Below, piece after piece: positions 59,238-64,000 of a stretch of 64,000 bases of DNA. Numbering within the stretch: position 1 is the first letter of the stretch; every line of letters begins with the position of its first letter. Below the pieces are notes generated by a model. The model was not told the DNA's origin. It saw only the letters and a program-made list of their open reading frames with translations, and did no database searches. A program made the translations under genes and the position numbers. The DNA is taken from contig JABGXP010000018.1 of the NCBI GenBank assembly GCA_018675685.1, forward strand, positions 16,175-80,174. The letters are read 5' to 3'. The DNA comes from a bacterium (GTDB taxonomy: Bacteria > Patescibacteriota > Minisyncoccia > Moranbacterales > DUUL01).

Positions 59238-60983
59238 ATGAAAATAAGAAAAATTGGACAGAAAAGATGGGTAAAACCTTTAGCGGTTATTGTTTTTGCA
59301 ATAATCATGCTTGTTATCGCAAACCCAAAAGCGACTGGCATCGGATGGTTGGATGGTTTTTTGGGTAATATGAAAATCAACATGGGGCTTGATTTGCAAG
59401 GTGGCGTACATTTGATTTATGAGGCTGATATGGAAAATATTGAAAAAGGTGAGGAAATTGAGGCATTAAGAGGTGTGCAGGATGTAATAGAACGTAGAGT
59501 AAATGCCTATGGTGTTGCTGAGCCCAACATTCAACCTTCAAAAATTGGAAGCAGTTATAGATTGATTGTTGAATTAGCTGGAATTAAAGACGTCGAAGAA
59601 GCTAAGAATTTAATCAAGGAGACACCGCTTCTGGAATTTAAAAAAGAAAAAGAACAAAGGACAGAGTTAAACGAAGAAGAGCGAGCGATGATAGAAGGGC
59701 AGGTCATAGAAATTTCTGCTGCAAAAACAGAGGCTAAAAATAAAGCTAATGAAACTTTAGAGAAAGCATTGAAAGGGGATAATTTCGATTCTTTGGCGGA
59801 AGAAGATTCAGAAGACCGAACGCAAGGGAAAAGAGAAAATCTAGGTTTTGTAAAGAAGGGCGAGATGGTTCCAGAGTTCGAAGAAGCAATTTTCCAAGAT
59901 GATTTTGCTGAAAATACAATCTTCAGTGAAGTCGTTGAGACTCAATTTGGTTTTCATGTTATCAAGAAGTTAAGTCAACGAGGAGATGGAGAGAGTAGGG
60001 AAGTTGAAGTTAGTCATATCTTATATTTTGCGCAGGATCCAGAAGAATTTAGAGTGTCGATCGAAAAGCAAATATTACAACAACCAGAATTTGAATCAAC
60101 CGGACTTTCTGGGAAAGAGCTAAAGCGATCGCAGGTTTCATTTGATCAACAATTAGGACAACCAATAGTTGTTCTGCAGTTTGATGACGAAGGCAAGGAG
60201 TTGTTTAAAGAGATAACAGAGCAAAATAAAGGAAAGAGAATTGCTATATTTTTAGACGATCAAGTCATTAGTGCTCCAGTAGTCAATGATGTTATCAGGG
60301 ACGGGGAAGCTATAATCAGTGGAAGTTTTAAACTTCAAGAAGCAAAAGATCTTTCAAGGAGATTGAATGCCGGAGCATTGCCGGTACCGATTCATTTAAT
60401 CAGCCAACAAAGCGTTGAAGCATCATTAGGGCAAGCTTCACTTGAGAAAAGTTTGAAAGCTGGGCTCTGGGGATTGGCCATAGTTGGAGTTTTTATGATT
60501 ATCTACTATCGCTTTGCTGGGTTGATAGCTGTTTTTGCATTAATTATTTATACAGCAACTATCGTTGCTATTTATAAACTTTCTTCCCTTTCGCCATATG
60601 GTGTGACATTAACACTTTCTGGAATTGCAGGCTTTATTCTTTCGGTGGGTATGGCTGTTGATGCTAATATTTTGATTTTCGAAAGAATGAAGGAGGAGAT
60701 TAAACGAGGACGAGACTTGAGAGCTGCTCTCGAGGAAGGTTTTAAAAGAGCCTGGACCTCAATTAGGGATGGAAATGTTTCAACTATCCTAACATCAATT
60801 ATATTGATTATGTTTGGAAGCGGTTTCATTAAAGGCTTTGCAATTACACTGATTATCGGTGTTTTGGTATCAATGTTTACAGCAATTGTCATCACTCGTG
60901 TACTTTTAGGTGCTGTTCTGTTTGATTGGCTTGAAAGGCATAAAGTTTGGATGCTTTGCTCTGGGAAGAATAAGAAAAAATAA
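59238..60983 (+). CDS. secD: Protein translocase SecD with inserted parvulin PPIase domain
   Basis: GLDLQGG, RVNAYGVAEP, AGALP, GMAVDANILIFER; parvulin motifs LG.....MVPEFE and TQFGFHVI. Confidence 0.93.
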   Translation: MKIRKIGQKRWVKPLAVIVFAIIMLVIANPKATGIGWLDGFLGNMKINMGLDLQGGVHLIYEADMENIEKGEEIEALRGVQDVIERRVNAYGVAEPNIQPSKIGSSYRLIVELAGIKDVEEAKNLIKETPLLEFKKEKEQRTELNEEERAMIEGQVIEISAAKTEAKNKANETLEKALKGDNFDSLAEEDSEDRTQGKRENLGFVKKGEMVPEFEEAIFQDDFAENTIFSEVVETQFGFHVIKKLSQRGDGESREVEVSHILYFAQDPEEFRVSIEKQILQQPEFESTGLSGKELKRSQVSFDQQLGQPIVVLQFDDEGKELFKEITEQNKGKRIAIFLDDQVISAPVVNDVIRDGEAIISGSFKLQEAKDLSRRLNAGALPVPIHLISQQSVEASLGQASLEKSLKAGLWGLAIVGVFMIIYYRFAGLIAVFALIIYTATIVAIYKLSSLSPYGVTLTLSGIAGFILSVGMAVDANILIFERMKEEIKRGRDLRAALEEGFKRAWTSIRDGNVSTILTSIILIMFGSGFIKGFAITLIIGVLVSMFTAIVITRVLLGAVLFDWLERHKVWMLCSGKNKKK

Positions 60984-61023
60984 AATAAAATAAAAAGTAA
61001 AACAAAAAGAATGGAGGTGTTAT

Positions 61024-61293
61024 ATGTATCATAAAATTCTCGCAGATGGCTTTTTCTCAATTGCATCAATTGCAATTTTAGTCTCAATTTATAGTTGGTC
61101 AATTGATGATATTTTTCTTGCATCCGCTCAATGGTTGCAAGTAGCAACAGTGATGCTCTTAGTTGCGATTTATATTAAAATGAACACGTTTGATGATGAG
61201 GCTATTCTAAGTGGAACATTTCACAAAAAGACAGACGAAAAAAAGATTACAGTTAAGAGGAGGAGGAAACTGACAAGCAAAAAGAAGAAGTAA
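61024..61293 (+). CDS. Small membrane protein
   Basis: GGAGGTG SD, 2 TMs, basic tail. Confidence 0.65.
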   Translation: MYHKILADGFFSIASIAILVSIYSWSIDDIFLASAQWLQVATVMLLVAIYIKMNTFDDEAILSGTFHKKTDEKKITVKRRRKLTSKKKK

Positions 61294-61791
61294 ATGAGAA
61301 CTGCCAAGATTGGAAAAAAAAATGATAGGACTGATTCATTCGTCGTATTGCACAATATACGAAGTTGCTATAATGTAGGATCTATTTTTAGAACTTCTGA
61401 TGCTCTTGGTGTTGAGAAAATTTTTTTATGTGGGTATACACCAAACCCAGATAAAAACAGTTCGATCAATAAAACTGCTCTTGGAGCGCAAGATATGATT
61501 TCGTGGGAGGCTCATTGGCAAACGCATCATATTTTGAAAAAATTAAAGAGAGATGGGATTACCATTATTGCTCTGGAATTATCGAAAGATAGCATTGCTT
61601 TGGAAGATTTTGAGCCGAATTTTCCGTTTTGCTTGCTTTTAGGCAATGAAGTCACTGGTCTTTCTGCTGCAATTTTGAAATACGCAGATTATGTTGTGCA
61701 AATTCCAATGCTAGGAGGAAAGGAGTCTATGAATGTCTCAGTTTCATATGGTATCGGCATGTATACAATAAAAAACAAAATAAAATGCTGA
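61294..61791 (+). CDS. TrmH/SpoU-family RNA methyltransferase
   Basis: NIRS.YNVGSIFRT, GNEV.GL, IPM.G.KESMNVS. Confidence 0.9.
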   Translation: MRTAKIGKKNDRTDSFVVLHNIRSCYNVGSIFRTSDALGVEKIFLCGYTPNPDKNSSINKTALGAQDMISWEAHWQTHHILKKLKRDGITIIALELSKDSIALEDFEPNFPFCLLLGNEVTGLSAAILKYADYVVQIPMLGGKESMNVSVSYGIGMYTIKNKIKC

Positions 61792-62501
61792 AAAGTATAG
61801 AGAAGAAAAATGGAAAAAATAAGTTAGCAGTTTTTGATATCGACGGAACGATTTTCAGAAAAAACTTACACTTTGAATTAATTAATGAACTAGTATTCAC
61901 GGGAGTTTTTAAGCAAGAAGTAAAAATTGAACTCCAGAGTCTTTACGGTCATTGGCTTGATAACGAAGGGACCTATGAAGCGTATAGGAATAAACTCGTG
62001 TCTCTTTACGAGGAGCATATTAAGGGATGTAAACAATCTGACATCATTAATGCATCGAAAAGTGTGGCACATTTTCACGCGAAAAGAATATATATTTTTG
62101 CCAAAAGAATGATTGAAAAGATGCGGAAAAATCACACAATGTTGATTATTTCTGGTTCACCCTCTGAGATTGTTGAAGAGTATGCAAAGATTTTCAACTT
62201 CGATGCTTATTATGGAAGCGTGTATGGGTTGGATAAAAATAAAAGATATACTGGGGAGCCTGTCTTTGAACCAACTATCGACAAGGGCGCTGTGGTTAGA
62301 CAGTTCATAGCGGAGCATGAACTCATGCTTGAAGGTTCATTTGGGATCGGAGATACTGAGTCAGATGCAAAGTTTCTTGAACTAGTTGATAATCCAATTG
62401 CTTTTAATCCAAACATGAATCTTCGAAAAATTGCCGAAAAGAAAAATTGGAAAATTGTTGTTGAAAAAAAAGACGTTGTTTATGAGATGGAGCGAAGATA
62501 G
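61785..62501 (+). CDS. HAD-IB (SerB-like) phosphatase
   Basis: FDIDGT, ISGS, GDTESD, NP. Confidence 0.88.
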   Translation: MLKSIEKKNGKNKLAVFDIDGTIFRKNLHFELINELVFTGVFKQEVKIELQSLYGHWLDNEGTYEAYRNKLVSLYEEHIKGCKQSDIINASKSVAHFHAKRIYIFAKRMIEKMRKNHTMLIISGSPSEIVEEYAKIFNFDAYYGSVYGLDKNKRYTGEPVFEPTIDKGAVVRQFIAEHELMLEGSFGIGDTESDAKFLELVDNPIAFNPNMNLRKIAEKKNWKIVVEKKDVVYEMERR

Positions 62502-62528
62502 AAACTTTAAATGTTTTAATTTAAAAAA

Positions 62529-62654
62529 ATGAACAATTTATTTCACGATTTTTTCGAGTTTTTTATTGAAAAAATGCTCTGGTTCTGGCTACCAATTCAC
62601 GCTCTGCATCGAGTATTGAAAGACATTCTAGCAGAGAAGGAAAAAGGTATTTAA
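62529..62654 (+). CDS. Candidate 41-aa small protein
   Basis: MNNLFHDFFEFFIEKMLWFWLPIHALHRVLKDILAEKEKGI fills the gap between co-oriented genes. Confidence 0.45.
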   Translation: MNNLFHDFFEFFIEKMLWFWLPIHALHRVLKDILAEKEKGI

Positions 62655-62666
62655 TTTTTTATTTTT

Positions 62667-63878
62667 ATGTTAAAGAAGGAAAAATCAATTTTTGTGTTCA
62701 AGTTTTGGCTTCCAGTTATAATTTGGATGAGTGTTATTTTTTATTTTTCACATAAATCAAATCTTGTTATTGGTTTTGAGGGTGACAGAGAATTTCTTGC
62801 ACGTAAGTTTGCTCATATTTGTGAATTTGGTCTTTTGGCTATTTTTTTCATTATTTTTCTAGTGAAGGGTTGTTCTAGAAAAACCCCCTCAGTCTTTTTG
62901 AGTGCCTTTCTTTTAACAGTTGGGTATGCGATTAGCGATGAACTTCATCAGACATTTATTATTGGTAGAAGTGGAAATATAAAAGATGTATTAGTGGACT
63001 CACTGGGAGCTTTATTGTTCTTACAGGTCATTGCTTTTGGACTTTTTGCTAAAAAAAGAATTGCATTACTTTTTTCGATCCTCGGGAATATTTTAGCTAT
63101 CCTCCTTTTACTAAGTGTCATGATGCAAGAAATAATTGAAAAGAAAGCTATGATAAATGATACTGAGAAGATTTACATGGAGGCCGAAGAAAAAGTTGAG
63201 GAAGCTTTGTCGAAAGAGGACGCTTCTGATAAACTAGTCTCTGAAAAAAAGAAGAATATAAGTGAAGATAGAGCGAAAAGCGATCCACTGGAGATTGCTA
63301 TCCCAGAAAAAATTCTTCTCCCAGTTCCATTTTCGTCACAAGCGCCAAAGGCAGTGTGGGATGAAGTCCATGAAGAAGCTTGTGAAGAAATGAGCTTGAT
63401 TATGGTGAAATATTATTTTGACAAGAAGAATTTGCCGCCTAGTGTTGCTGAGGAGGAAATTCAAAGAATGAAAGATTATCAATTAAAAAGAAATGGACAT
63501 TATATTGACAGCGACATGAAAGAATTAGCTGCAATGGCAAAAGAATATTTCAAATTTAAAGATGTTTTTGTGAAATATGACATAACCAGGGAAGATATCT
63601 TCGAGGCTTTAGCAAAAGGTAGCCCAGTAATAGTTCCGACAGCGGGAAGGTTGCTCGGAAACCCAAATTTTACAGGATTAGGTCCTTTGTATCATAATCT
63701 TGTGATTATTGGGTTTGAAAAGGATGAATTCATCGTAAATGACCCAGGAACAAGGAAAGGTAAACATTATAGATATAAAATTAATATTCTTATGAACGCA
63801 ATTCATGATTATACTGGAAGTAAAAAGGAGATAGAGAAAGGACGAAGGGCAGGAATTATTTTCCCCATGAAAAAGTGA
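62667..63878 (+). CDS. VanZ-like membrane domain fused to C39-like peptidase
   Basis: RKFAHICEF, DELHQ.F..GR; VPF.SQAP, EEACEE, YHNLVI.G, VNDPG. Confidence 0.8.
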   Translation: MLKKEKSIFVFKFWLPVIIWMSVIFYFSHKSNLVIGFEGDREFLARKFAHICEFGLLAIFFIIFLVKGCSRKTPSVFLSAFLLTVGYAISDELHQTFIIGRSGNIKDVLVDSLGALLFLQVIAFGLFAKKRIALLFSILGNILAILLLLSVMMQEIIEKKAMINDTEKIYMEAEEKVEEALSKEDASDKLVSEKKKNISEDRAKSDPLEIAIPEKILLPVPFSSQAPKAVWDEVHEEACEEMSLIMVKYYFDKKNLPPSVAEEEIQRMKDYQLKRNGHYIDSDMKELAAMAKEYFKFKDVFVKYDITREDIFEALAKGSPVIVPTAGRLLGNPNFTGLGPLYHNLVIIGFEKDEFIVNDPGTRKGKHYRYKINILMNAIHDYTGSKKEIEKGRRAGIIFPMKK

Positions 63879-63947
63879 ATTGACACATAAAGTGAGAATG
63901 GTAAAATGGATATAAGTTCATAAATAAATAAATAAAAAAAACAAAAA

Positions 63948-64000
63948 ATGAAAAAATCAGTATTGATTACATTGGTTGCAATCGTTCTTGTGACTTTTGT
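63948..64000 (+). CDS. Start of exported protein (partial)
   Basis: MKKSVLITLVAIVLVTF signal-like; TTGACA-N16-TAAAAT upstream. Confidence 0.5.
   Translation, partial: MKKSVLITLVAIVLVTF

Overview
This is an AT-rich, gene-dense bacterial chromosome segment read in standard code 11. Gene content suggests a Patescibacteria (CPR, Parcubacteria-like) genome, which is an inference from the VirD4-like ATPase with a CxxC-x17-CxxC tail, the sigma-HTH/HARE-HTH protein, TrmB, the SecD-parvulin fusion and SD-poor leaders. Most of the window is housekeeping: efp, rpsR-ssb-rpsF, map, yqgF, galT-tpiA-fba, rny, hup, mnmA, ligA, gatCA, miaA, tRNA-Pro, gdh, truB, nth, rpmB, rplJL, parAB, rnhA, nusA, ppaC, tig-clpP, rpsP and secD. 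Four things stand out. (1) A complete trimeric [FeFe]-hydrogenase operon (hydCBA) has a short, NuoF-like beta subunit. It is divergently linked to a TM1266-type regulator and an ECF S-component-like membrane protein, and no hydEFG is present in the window. (2) A region of about 3.7 kb between miaA and tRNA-Pro holds promoter/hairpin/small-ORF/terminator units, two candidate structured RNAs and a circularly permuted ATP-grasp-like ligase. (3) Several other intergenic structured-RNA candidates lie upstream of rpsF, upstream of rny and at 44.4-44.5 kb. (4) There are domain fusions and several small ORFs missed by the ORF track. No CRISPR array, rRNA, integrase or transposase was seen.
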